From: a virus | Taxonomy: Duplodnaviria > Caudoviricetes | DNA: 64,000 bases | Direction: 5' to 3' (one strand) | Virus record (IMG/VR): IMGVR_UViG_2930578203_000001 | Coordinates: 57,299-121,298 of that record | In this document: positions 20,018 to 28,757 of the stretch, in pieces | Layout of the letters: each line of letters starts with the position of its first letter | Position numbering within the stretch: the stretch's first letter is position 1 | Translations under genes and position numbers: made by a program | Notes under the pieces: generated by a model | The model's database searches: none | Told to the model about the DNA's origin: nothing | Seen by the model: only the letters and a program-made list of their open reading frames with translations

Positions 20018-20076
20018 TTCAGGAGCTTGCACAATTGCGCAAGAACGATCTTGGTTCGGGGTGGGGCGGGCGTGGC

Positions 20077-20110
20077 CGGGACACAAGCGGCCCCGCCCGT
20101 CATCCTCCGC
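20077..20110 (+). promoter_or_regulatory. Late-promoter-like motif (copy 2)
   Basis: CGGGACACAAGC...CATCCTCCGC, GTG at 20113. Confidence 0.55.
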
Positions 20111-20112
20111 CC

Positions 20113-20718
20113 GTGACCAGATACGGATTCGCCATCAAGGCTCTCCCCAAGGGCGGTAAGCCGTTCGGGGACGAAGAAGACGACGAGCAGCCCGAGGGCA
20201 CCGAGGAGGAGACGCTCGAGGGCGACGACCCCGCAGCAGCACTCGAGGACCCTTCCGCTGACATGGGCCAGGACCCCGCGGCGCCGCCCGAGGACCGGGC
20301 CGCGGCCCTGGAGGAACCAGCCGCCGAACCGCCCGCAGAGGGAGCCGAGCCCCCGGCCGAGGGCGAGGAGCCGGTCGACGTGCCGGAGCCGCCTGCCGAC
20401 GACGCCCGGCCGTGGGCGGGCGACATGTACGACGAGGGCAGCGAGACCGACCCGGCCGACTCCTTCTCCGCGTACACCGGCAGCAACGGAGAACAGGCTT
20501 GGTTGGATCGGGCCCCAGACGGCACACTGACCGGGTGGGTCAGGGACGGCACGGGCCAGGTGTGGCGCTACACCGATCCGGACGCGTGGGCGGTCGACGT
20601 GGACGGCGCGCACATGACCCGCACGCACAGCCAGGCCGACGAACCCTCCGCCCCGCCAGCGGACGCCCCACCCGGCAACCGCGGCGTACAGGACTCGATG
20701 TTCCAGCAAGGGAGCTGA
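20113..20718 (+). CDS. Acidic hypothetical head-module protein
   Basis: D/E/P-rich N-half, small Trp-rich C-terminal domain. Confidence 0.7.
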   Translation: MTRYGFAIKALPKGGKPFGDEEDDEQPEGTEEETLEGDDPAAALEDPSADMGQDPAAPPEDRAAALEEPAAEPPAEGAEPPAEGEEPVDVPEPPADDARPWAGDMYDEGSETDPADSFSAYTGSNGEQAWLDRAPDGTLTGWVRDGTGQVWRYTDPDAWAVDVDGAHMTRTHSQADEPSAPPADAPPGNRGVQDSMFQQGS

Positions 20719-20719
20719 C

Positions 20720-20929
20720 GTGCAGTTGACCCGCAGCACCGCCCTCGCGCTCCAGCAGGAGGGCAAGGCCGCCTTTGAGGCGGGCGACCCCGCTGACTCC
20801 AGCCCGTACAACAGGTTCGGCAACGCGGAGCAGCAGTTCGGCTATCAGTTCTGGACCCGCGGCTACATCACGGCGCGTTCGGCCGCTGAGGGCGCCCAGG
20901 AACCTGCAGGAGCCAGCGCAGGACGTTAG
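20720..20929 (+). CDS. Rmf/CrpP-fold-like small protein
   Basis: EGKAAFEAG...SPY...FWTRGY matches the G..A...G....[C/S]PY....W..G[W/Y] pattern. Confidence 0.6.
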   Translation: MQLTRSTALALQQEGKAAFEAGDPADSSPYNRFGNAEQQFGYQFWTRGYITARSAAEGAQEPAGASAGR

Positions 20930-20953
20930 CCAGACGCGAACGGCACGGTGCCC
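20919..20953 (+). promoter_or_regulatory. Late-promoter-like motif (copy 3)
   Basis: CAGGACGTTAGC...CACGGTGCCC upstream of the protease gene. Confidence 0.5.
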
Positions 20954-20988
20954 GGCGGCCCACTGTCCACCGCCGGAGGTTCCCCGCC

Positions 20989-22908
20989 GTGCCGAGCGCT
21001 CCACCCACCAGATCGTCACACCCGAACACCCTGCGAGGCACCAGCCGGGCAATCTACGCCGTCACTGGCGTGGTCGACGAGGTCAACGACCTCATCGTCC
21101 CCGGCGCCTTCGCTCACACCCTGGCCACCCGTCGCGTCAAGGCCGTATGGCACCACGAATGGAAGGACGCCGTCGGCGTCGTCCTGCACGTCGAGGAGTG
21201 GCTACCCGGCGACCCCAGGTTCGCCGACGTCCCCGACTGGCCCGCCGAGGCCGGCGCCCTGGTCGCAACCGTCGAGTACAACCGGCGTACCAGCAAGGGC
21301 CGCGACACCTACGAGCAGGTCAAGCAGTGGTACGAGCACGGCGAAGCCGCGTTCTCCATCGGCTACCGCGTGCCCGCCGACGGAGCCACCCGCCGCGGTG
21401 ACGGCGTCCGCGTCATCCACCGCCTCGACCTGTTCGAAGTGAGCCCCGTCCTGCACGGCGCGCACCCCATGACCCGGGCGCTCGAGGTCAAGGCTGCGGC
21501 CAACCCCGGCATGGAGTACAAGGCGACGCCCAACGTCATCGAACTCGACGCAGGGACGGACGAGGACCGCATCAAGGTCGCCGGACTCGTCCTCAAGGCC
21601 GAGGACACCGGCCGCGTCCTGCTCATCCAGCGCGCCCTCGACGACGAGGACCCGGATGCCGGAACCTGGGAGTTCCCCGGCGGGCACCTGGAGAAGGACG
21701 AAGACGCGCTCGCCGCAGCGCTGCGCGAGTGGCAGGAGGAAACCGGCGCCGAACTCCCCGGATCGGCAAGCGTTGTCGGCTCCTGGACTTCCCCGAACGG
21801 CATCTACCGAGGGTTCGTCGCCGTAGTCCCCGGCGAGTCCCACATACCGCTGAACCGGCCCCCCAGCGAACGACCGGTGACCAACCCCGACGACCCCCAG
21901 GGCGAAGCGCCAGAGGTCACCGCCTGGTGGCCGATCACCGCCCTCCCCGACATGTCCCTGCTCCGGCCTGCATGCCGTGAGACCCCCTGGTCCCTCCTGG
22001 CAGGCGCCACCCTGCCGCAGGGCCCGGCGGCCAAGAAGCCCAGAGCCGAGGCCGAGCAGTTCGCCGCCGGCGTCATGAACACCTACGCCGCTCTCGGCAC
22101 CACGGAAGCGAAGTCCGCGCGCGCCGCAGTGGCCTCCGCCCGCTCCGTCCTGCCGCGCATCGAGCACAAATCCGCCCGCTCCACGGTCGCCGAGGCCAAG
22201 AGCCATCCCACGCCCCTTCCGGAGGCTTCTGTGATGTCCCCCAACCCCCTGCTCGAGTCCCAAGAGCAGTTCCGTGCCCGTCTCTCGGACAGCGTCCGCG
22301 AACTCCTCGACCAGGACGGCCAGACCTGGACGTGCATTGAGGGCACCTACCCGGACCGCGTCATCGTCTCCGTGCACAGCGAGGACGAGCGGCGCAGCAG
22401 CCACTACGCCATCCCGTACACGGCCACCGCGAACGGCGAGATCAGCCTCGGCACCCCTAAGTCCGTCGAACTCGCCACCGTCGTACTCCCGGAGGGCGCC
22501 AGCGCGCAGCGCACGGCCACCGACGAGGAAGACGTCGACGCCCGCGTCGTGCAGCCCACCGTGGAAGCCCTCGCCGACGCCACCGCTCGCATCAACACCA
22601 CCGAGGCCGACCCGGACCAACTCACGGGCGTACGGGACAAGGTGCGCACGCTGATCGCCGCCCTGTCCGCGAAGGGCCTCGACACCGCCGACGACACCGA
22701 AGCCCCGAAGGGCGCCCCCCGGGACCCCACGGCCGGCCCCATCGGCATGGACCTGTGGGACGAGTACTCGTTCAACGACGACGAGGACGAGGACGAAGTG
22801 CCCATGGAGGACGCTCCGCCGCCCGCCGAGGCGGACGTCGACGACGAGGACACGGTCCGGCTCGACGAGGACAAAGTGAAGTCGGCGCTCGCCATGATGC
22901 GGAGCTGA
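20989..22908 (+). CDS. HK97-type prohead protease fused to a NUDIX hydrolase and an acidic scaffold-like tail
   Basis: VVDEVNDLIVPGAF, WHH, FSIGY, LFEVSPVLHGAHP; intact Nudix box GGHLEKDEDALAAALREWQEETG. Confidence 0.9.
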   Translation: MPSAPPTRSSHPNTLRGTSRAIYAVTGVVDEVNDLIVPGAFAHTLATRRVKAVWHHEWKDAVGVVLHVEEWLPGDPRFADVPDWPAEAGALVATVEYNRRTSKGRDTYEQVKQWYEHGEAAFSIGYRVPADGATRRGDGVRVIHRLDLFEVSPVLHGAHPMTRALEVKAAANPGMEYKATPNVIELDAGTDEDRIKVAGLVLKAEDTGRVLLIQRALDDEDPDAGTWEFPGGHLEKDEDALAAALREWQEETGAELPGSASVVGSWTSPNGIYRGFVAVVPGESHIPLNRPPSERPVTNPDDPQGEAPEVTAWWPITALPDMSLLRPACRETPWSLLAGATLPQGPAAKKPRAEAEQFAAGVMNTYAALGTTEAKSARAAVASARSVLPRIEHKSARSTVAEAKSHPTPLPEASVMSPNPLLESQEQFRARLSDSVRELLDQDGQTWTCIEGTYPDRVIVSVHSEDERRSSHYAIPYTATANGEISLGTPKSVELATVVLPEGASAQRTATDEEDVDARVVQPTVEALADATARINTTEADPDQLTGVRDKVRTLIAALSAKGLDTADDTEAPKGAPRDPTAGPIGMDLWDEYSFNDDEDEDEVPMEDAPPPAEADVDDEDTVRLDEDKVKSALAMMRS

Positions 22909-23017
22909 GTCGCACGACCCGGTCTCACCCCTGCTCCCGCACCCTGTGCGCGTCATCCCGAAAAACCGCAGGTCAAACCTATGCGCTGCCCGCTCTTGAC
23001 TCCCTGAGCGGGCAGCG

Positions 23018-23052
23018 CGCGACGTTAACCCCTCTCTCCCTCTTCACTCCCG
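23018..23052 (+). promoter_or_regulatory. Late-promoter-like motif (copy 4)
   Basis: CGCGACGTTAAC...TTCACTCCCG upstream of the capsid gene. Confidence 0.6.
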
Positions 23053-23133
23053 CCTGGCGTTGAGGCTGTCCCGGTGCTGGCCGGGCGGAGCGACGCACGT
23101 CAACCGCACCCCAGCACCAGGGAGAGAGCAGCA

Positions 23134-24423
23134 ATGCCCGACAACGCTCGCATCGAGGAACTGCAGAAGCAGCTCCAGGCCAAGAGCGCCGAGGCCGAGG
23201 AGATCAGCAAGTCCTTCAAGGTCGAGGACGGCGGGTTCGTCGTCTCCACCGAGCAGGCAACCAAGTTCCGCAAGGTCTCCAGCGAGGCGCAGGAGATCAA
23301 GGCGCTCATCGACGCCGAGCAGGGCCTGGTCGAGATCAAGCAGTACCTCGACGCCCCGGAGACCACGCCGGCCGCGGCCGCGCACTACGGCAAGACCCCG
23401 ACCATGGAGGAGAAGTCTCTGGGCGACATGTTCGTCGACTCCGACTCCTTCAAGCGCGCCAGCGCCGCAGGCTTCGACGATCGCCCGTACATCCGCGCCG
23501 CGATGGAAGGGAAGTCGATCTTCTCCCTGAGCGCCGGCACGGTCACGCACCAGACCCTCGGCAGCGTCCAGAACCTGGGCATCGCCGAGCGGGCCTACCG
23601 CAAGTGGCACATCCGGGACCTGTTCCCGAAGTCCTCGACCAAGCAGGCCGTCCTCTACGGCGCCCGGGAGACCGGCTGGACGAACAACGCGAGGCAGGTC
23701 AAGGAACGCTACGGCGCCGACGGCACCAGCCCGGCGACCGGCGCGGACACCGACACCTGGGGCCGCGCGCCTCGGTCGAAGCTGGCCCTGACCCCGGTGA
23801 TGTACCCGGTCGCCGAGGTCGCGCACCTGATCGACGCGCACAAGAACATCCTGAGCGACGAACCGAGGCTCAAGACGTTCATCAACGGGCGCATGGTCGA
23901 GGGCGTCAAGTACCAGGAGGACTGGGACCTGCTCCACTCCGTCGGCGACGGCCAGTCCCTCACCGGCATCTACAACACCCCCGGCGTTCAGCAGTACACC
24001 GGGTTGGCGACCGACAAGTACTCGGTCCAGATCCGGCGTGCCATCACCAAGGCGCTCCTCGCCGAGTACGAGCCGACCGGCATCGTCCTGTCGCCCACGA
24101 TGTGGGAGCACGTCGAGGTCGAAGAGGACGACAACGGTGCCTTCCGCGTCGCCATCGCCGTGGCCATCGGCGCGGAGAAAAAGGTCTGGCGCCTGAACGT
24201 CGTCGAGACCACGGCCATGTCGGATGGGGACTTCCTCATCGGCGCCTTCGGCCTCGGCGCGCAGCTCCACGACAGGGAGAACGTCAGCGTCACCGTCTCG
24301 TCGGAGAACGCCGACAACTTCGAGAAGGGCCTGATCACCTTCCGCGCGGACGAGCGCCTGGCGCTCGAGGTCCCGCGGCCGGAGAGCTTCGTCATAGGCA
24401 CCTGGACCACTCCGACTGGCTGA
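23134..24423 (+). CDS. Major capsid protein (HK97 fold with delta domain)
   Basis: N-terminal coiled coil, KSLGDMF, GDG..LTGI, NFEKGLITFRADERLALEVPRPESF. Confidence 0.93.
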   Translation: MPDNARIEELQKQLQAKSAEAEEISKSFKVEDGGFVVSTEQATKFRKVSSEAQEIKALIDAEQGLVEIKQYLDAPETTPAAAAHYGKTPTMEEKSLGDMFVDSDSFKRASAAGFDDRPYIRAAMEGKSIFSLSAGTVTHQTLGSVQNLGIAERAYRKWHIRDLFPKSSTKQAVLYGARETGWTNNARQVKERYGADGTSPATGADTDTWGRAPRSKLALTPVMYPVAEVAHLIDAHKNILSDEPRLKTFINGRMVEGVKYQEDWDLLHSVGDGQSLTGIYNTPGVQQYTGLATDKYSVQIRRAITKALLAEYEPTGIVLSPTMWEHVEVEEDDNGAFRVAIAVAIGAEKKVWRLNVVETTAMSDGDFLIGAFGLGAQLHDRENVSVTVSSENADNFEKGLITFRADERLALEVPRPESFVIGTWTTPTG

Positions 24424-24837
24424 CTGCGCCGCGAGTGAGAGGGCGCTCGGGCGCCGGGGCACCCGGGACGGCCCTTGCCCGGCTCATCCCGTCTTGAGCG
24501 GTTTGAGCGTGCTGGTCGGCCACAGAAGCAGGTGAACACGGCCCCTGTAGATCATGGAGTTCTTTACCTTCAGGGTCCACAAGGGTGCCGTGTTCGTCCC
24601 GCTATCATCGCGCACCGATACTCCGCCCCTCTCGGCGCCCCGTCCTGATGAACTCCGTGGCCAAGTCATCCATCAGCAAGTCCGCAGATTGAGCGTCAAG
24701 TTGGATCCCATCGCTGATCCGCGTGGCGCGTTACCGACTGTCCTCGCTGATGGCTCCGGTGATCTATAGGATGACGGCAGCAGGTCACGACTCGATCATC
24801 ACGGCGGCCGAACGGGCATGACCAACCCGGATGGCGA

Positions 24838-25458
24838 TTACACGCCGAGCAAGCACTCCATACGAGACCAAACATAGGCCGCGACGTCTGCCTCGCTTTG
24901 GGTACAGTCGACACATAGAATCTCGCCGAAAAAATCGGCGGACCCCATAACATCGTCAAGCGATTTATATCCCGCCAAATTGTGATCACGCCCCAATTGT
25001 TCTTTGAGGCTCAACTCGGACCTGCTATTCACCCTCCCCCACAGCACATCAAATTCCGCAGAGAGATAGACTGTCAGGTCGACTGGGAATGCGCGGGCGG
25101 TATCTCTGAATAGACTCCTACCGACGTCAGACACCCCTTCATCCAAGCGGGAAATGTCGTACGGAATGAATCTGTCGAATATCACCACCTGAGAGCCACT
25201 GGCCTGGGCTATTCCAATCCTTGCGTGGGTGCGCGCAAGCCTGATGAACATGTCAGAGCATGGAGAGAGTCTATCGAATCCGCCGTCGGACCGCTTAATC
25301 ACTTGTGTCATAGCAGCGATATTGGTGGACGAATCGGCGGCACCCCTGCCAATAACCGTGCAATCAACCCGCCGCTCAGCCAATATGGCACTGATGTTTT
25401 TCACCAGCGTAGTCTTTCCGGCTCCGTCATACCCTTCCACTGCGAGGACAAACACCAT
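24838..25458 (-). CDS. Thymidylate kinase-like P-loop kinase
   Basis: LAVEGYDGAGKTT P-loop, VVIFDRF, PVDLTVYL, WGRVNSR lid region. Confidence 0.85.
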   Translation of the reverse strand: MVFVLAVEGYDGAGKTTLVKNISAILAERRVDCTVIGRGAADSSTNIAAMTQVIKRSDGGFDRLSPCSDMFIRLARTHARIGIAQASGSQVVIFDRFIPYDISRLDEGVSDVGRSLFRDTARAFPVDLTVYLSAEFDVLWGRVNSRSELSLKEQLGRDHNLAGYKSLDDVMGSADFFGEILCVDCTQSEADVAAYVWSRMECLLGV

Positions 25459-25473
25459 CCCCGTCCCTCCAGT

Positions 25474-26421
25474 TCAGTCTTCCGTGATAGATATACGAGA
25501 CGTCACATATCGCTCGACAAAGAGCGTGACCAGGAATGTCACCACCAAGGCGACGATTACAGCAACGCTGACGAATACAGCAACGTTCAAAAACTCGCGA
25601 TGCCGAATTGATTGCAACAGCGGGATACCGAGTGACGCCAGAAATGTCCCAACAGCCGCCACCATGACGGTTACGAGGGAGAGACGAAATGAACTCTTGG
25701 CCAGGAGAAGCTTTCCGGCTCGCACAGCCAAGAATCGGTGCATCGCCGACCGGTAGTGCAGGACTGTGAGCTGAGCGACGAGGTTCCGGTAGAACTGGCG
25801 ACCATTTGGGGGTACATGGTAGAACTGCCTCCGCAGTTCACTGTCAGAGTCGTAGATCATCTGAAACGAGTCCATTCGGTGAAATGTACACCGCGTGAAG
25901 ATCCCCTTCGTGTTGTCAAGACGTTGCTCGTACGGCCCTAGCTTGTCCTTCTTCCGGTCATGCTGAAAGCTCCTCAATAGCAGCTGGCTGGGTTGAGCAA
26001 AGAAAGAATCGATCCGCGCTCGGTTCTTTCCACCCGACTGCAGGTCGTACTGCTTAAGTGCAGAGTTCAGGTCAACCAAAGTCAGCAAGTGGTCATTGGC
26101 CTCTAGGTTCGTCTTAGCGTCGACCCCCTCTCGCCACTGCTTAGGCTGCATACTCTTCGAAGCGTATGTGTAGTCCACGATAATGAAGTCGTAGCGGCGG
26201 CGACATACATCGATGAAATCCTGAAGCGTCTCCGCAGAGAACTTGTACCCGTCCGGTGTGTCATCGACGACGACCTTGAGTGTTTCAATTACCGGTTCGA
26301 CCCTCCTACCGTCAACCTCAACCGATTGTCCGCGCAGAGTTTCAGCCAGTCTGCGCAGAACGACCTCGTCGTCATCAATGATAAGGGTGCGAAAGCTTAC
26401 CTTCTTGACGTGTCCCATCAC
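25474..26421 (-). CDS. Receiver(REC)-like domain protein with two C-terminal TM helices
   Basis: TLIIDDDEVVLRRL and YDFIIVDY receiver signatures; hydrophobic LSLVTVMVAAVGTFLASLGIPLL and VAVFVSVAVIVALVVTFLVTLFV. Confidence 0.75.
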   Translation of the reverse strand: MMGHVKKVSFRTLIIDDDEVVLRRLAETLRGQSVEVDGRRVEPVIETLKVVVDDTPDGYKFSAETLQDFIDVCRRRYDFIIVDYTYASKSMQPKQWREGVDAKTNLEANDHLLTLVDLNSALKQYDLQSGGKNRARIDSFFAQPSQLLLRSFQHDRKKDKLGPYEQRLDNTKGIFTRCTFHRMDSFQMIYDSDSELRRQFYHVPPNGRQFYRNLVAQLTVLHYRSAMHRFLAVRAGKLLLAKSSFRLSLVTVMVAAVGTFLASLGIPLLQSIRHREFLNVAVFVSVAVIVALVVTFLVTLFVERYVTSRISITED

Positions 26422-26431
26422 GGATCTCCTT

Positions 26432-27544
26432 CTACCTGCGGTAATCGGGTTCCTTGAGCTCGTGCGCGGCCATGGATGGCTGCCACTGCAAATTCCTCAG
26501 ATTCCGGGCATAGGTTTGAAAGAATTGCGGATCCTGGTACAGCGATACACTGAAGCCTGAAGTCAACGTTTTCTTCAGAGCCCTCACGATTGCACTGACG
26601 AGCCCTGGATTCTGGTAGTCGATTCCCACCGGGACATCAGAGACTCCCCGGTCCAAAGCGAAGTAGAACTGGGCTATATCCTTCAGGCCGAGGCAAATTT
26701 GACGTACCTGATATCGGTCAATCTCGTCGAATATTGCAGGGCTCTCGGCGAACGGTATTATCTCGTTTCTGAACAGCGATTCATACCTGTGGGCGAAGGA
26801 TTCGAACTCGGCGTGGCTTGTTACAAACGGGCAGGCGAACGAGACTCTGGTTTCGAAAGGTGCCACCGCACTCGCCATGCACTCAACCCACTCGGGATGC
26901 AGCGATAGGTACCTCATCCCATGGTTGCCGAGTTCGGGGTTTTTCTCTACCGAGTCGAACAGATACTGCCCTAGCACCGGGTCGTCACTCCGGATATCAA
27001 TTCCTCGCAAGACCACCTGAATCACATCGGGCAATTTGTCGACGATGCGCGCAAGAGAGGATGACATCCAGTGTGACAGCAGGTCTCGCCTGTAGCAGAT
27101 TTCCGGGTCTTCTACGACTGCCTTATACATTAGGTGTTCGGCACGCACAAAGATCGTTTCGACACGTTTAAGATCCAACCCCGCGAGATCACTTTCGTCA
27201 AATACGGCAGCCTGGAAGGACCCCGGAAAATTCTGGTATTCCTCACTGTTCGTGAAACCAGAGTTCACTCTTGCGGGAGCAAGGGTCCAAGAGTCCTGTA
27301 TGTAGTCGAGTCGCTCCACCCTATGAAGGGGTATTCCCTTGATTCGGCAAATGACCTCGGCGTGACTATTGGCACCCTTCTCAAGAAAGAAAATCCCTTT
27401 GACGTTCTCGATGAACCTGACATCGAGATCCTCTAGCTTGTGGAGATAGAGGACAACGTCCTGGCCTGGGATATGGCGTCCCGACTGGATTGCACATGGG
27501 ATTCCGTCAAGATCAACCACGCAGCTACCCTCCGGGATCAACAT
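26432..27544 (-). CDS. Compact PEP-utilising enzyme (Enzyme I-like): phospho-His swivel domain plus PEP-binding barrel
   Basis: KGANSHAEVICRIKGIP (cf. GGxTSHxAIxARxxGIP); VRAEHL, LRGIDIRSDD, EKNPELGNHGMRY (cf. ExNPxLGxRGxR), GLKDIAQFYFALDR (cf. GTNDLxQYxxAxDR). Confidence 0.82.
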   Translation of the reverse strand: MLIPEGSCVVDLDGIPCAIQSGRHIPGQDVVLYLHKLEDLDVRFIENVKGIFFLEKGANSHAEVICRIKGIPLHRVERLDYIQDSWTLAPARVNSGFTNSEEYQNFPGSFQAAVFDESDLAGLDLKRVETIFVRAEHLMYKAVVEDPEICYRRDLLSHWMSSSLARIVDKLPDVIQVVLRGIDIRSDDPVLGQYLFDSVEKNPELGNHGMRYLSLHPEWVECMASAVAPFETRVSFACPFVTSHAEFESFAHRYESLFRNEIIPFAESPAIFDEIDRYQVRQICLGLKDIAQFYFALDRGVSDVPVGIDYQNPGLVSAIVRALKKTLTSGFSVSLYQDPQFFQTYARNLRNLQWQPSMAAHELKEPDYRR

Positions 27545-27829
27545 TCAGATCAGGCTCCGCGGGGTCATGGCCGAAGCAGCGGCAACGACCGGCGGGGAGT
27601 CGAGGCAAACGCTTGGAGCGGACTAGGAGGTACCGTTTGGAACTTCCAATCAATGTGATCTTCCAAGAGAGTTGCATCCCGGTCTTGATTGAGGGCGAGA
27701 TACCCAATCGAATGCGGGCTCAATCTCGGTCCGCAGTACGCGAAGGGCTGGCCAGGGCCGTCCTCCGTGCCCGCATGATCGTCGGGGACCGTGACCTGGC
27801 CGTCGCCAACGACAGCCTCCGCAGCTGCC

Positions 27830-28035
27830 CTAATCGGGGCAGGAGCCTGGGTGGCGGACGCGACACACTGCTCGGTCCGGTAGCGCCTGGAGTTTGACGG
27901 GCCAGTTCTCCTGATCGCCCTTGACGGTCAGGAGATAGTGGGCGCCGCGCTCGTGCAGGTAGGTGGCGTGGGTCCGCTGTACGGGCAAGCGTCCACCGTG
28001 ATGACGGCACCGATCAGGTCGGCGTCCTCGATCAT
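27830..28035 (-). pseudogene. ISAs1-family transposase remnant (frameshifted fragment)
   Basis: 'QRTHATYLHERGAHYLLTVKGDQ' and, in another frame, 'PDLIGAVITVDA' resemble the ISAs1 segment D..GAVVTADA...HYLLTVKGNQ. Confidence 0.65.
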
Positions 28036-28046
28036 GCAACCGCGGG

Positions 28047-28081
28047 CGCGACCGTAGCGCTCTCCGTCCCCCATCCTTCCG
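28047..28081 (+). promoter_or_regulatory. Late-promoter-like motif (copy 5)
   Basis: CGCGACCGTAGC...CATCCTTCCG. Confidence 0.55.
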
Positions 28082-28115
28082 CGGCCACCACACCGGAAGC
28101 AGCGGAAGGAAACCC

Positions 28116-28577
28116 ATGGGGCTCTACCGAGAGAACGGGCAGCGGATCACGAAGGCGGCGTTCCCGGCCGTCGCCCTCACCGACCCGCCCAAGCGCATCA
28201 CCGAGAACGTCTACCAGACCGAGCCGTACGGCCGCGGCGACGGCCGCCCCGAGGGCTCCCGCCGTCACCTGCTTTACGAGGCCGGGGACATGGTCCCTCA
28301 GTCCGTGATCGACCGGCTGTTCACTGCGGCGACGATCGGCACCGTCACACCGGCCACCGGCCCGGCCGCGGGCGGTACAACCGTCACCATCACCGGCACC
28401 GCCCTCGACGGCGTCTCTGCGGTGAACTTCGGCGCGACCGCTGGGACTGAACTCAACGTCGTCTCCGCGACCGAGCTGCGCGTCAAGACGCCCGCGGGCG
28501 CGGCCGGAGCGGTGAACGTCGTCCTCGTCGACGACGGCGGCAACATCACCAAGACGGGCGGCTTCACCTACGCGTGA
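28116..28577 (+). CDS. IPT/TIG (Ig-like) domain virion protein
   Basis: TVTPATGPAAGGTTVTITGT...VNFG...VVSATELRVKTPAG...FTY. Confidence 0.88.
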   Translation: MGLYRENGQRITKAAFPAVALTDPPKRITENVYQTEPYGRGDGRPEGSRRHLLYEAGDMVPQSVIDRLFTAATIGTVTPATGPAAGGTTVTITGTALDGVSAVNFGATAGTELNVVSATELRVKTPAGAAGAVNVVLVDDGGNITKTGGFTYA

Positions 28578-28589
28578 GGACGAACACGC

Positions 28590-28623
28590 AAAGAGCCCCG
28601 GGGCTTGGGCCCGGGGCTCTTTT
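28590..28623. terminator. Intrinsic terminator, potentially bidirectional
   Basis: AAAGAGCCCCGGG-loop-CCCGGGGCTCTTT hairpin with A and T tracts. Confidence 0.8.
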
Positions 28624-28640
28624 GCTGCTTGCGGGTGGCC

Positions 28641-28757
28641 TTAGAACAGCTCGCCGGCTAGCCAACGCAGGAACTCCCACACAGCCCTGGCCGCCAGACT
28701 CACGCCCAGACGACGGACCAGTGACTCCCTGTCCTTCGGTTCGTTCTGCTTTCTCAA
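28641..28757 (-). CDS. Putative 38-aa amphipathic peptide
   Basis: TTG start 8 nt after AGGAAGGGGGG; MRKQNEPKDRESLVRRLGVSLAARAVWEFLRWLAGELF; stop just before the terminator. Confidence 0.45.
   Translation of the reverse strand: MRKQNEPKDRESLVRRLGVSLAARAVWEFLRWLAGELF

Noticed and set aside
24838-25458. Housekeeping tmk or phage nucleotide-supply gene
   Set aside because: Low-GC, antisense in the structural module and coupled to two unrelated genes, not in the replication module
26432-27544. Calling the gene ptsI, ppsA or ppdK
   Set aside because: Too short, lacks the HPr-binding and nucleotide-binding domains and the catalytic Cys motif; only family-level similarity is supported
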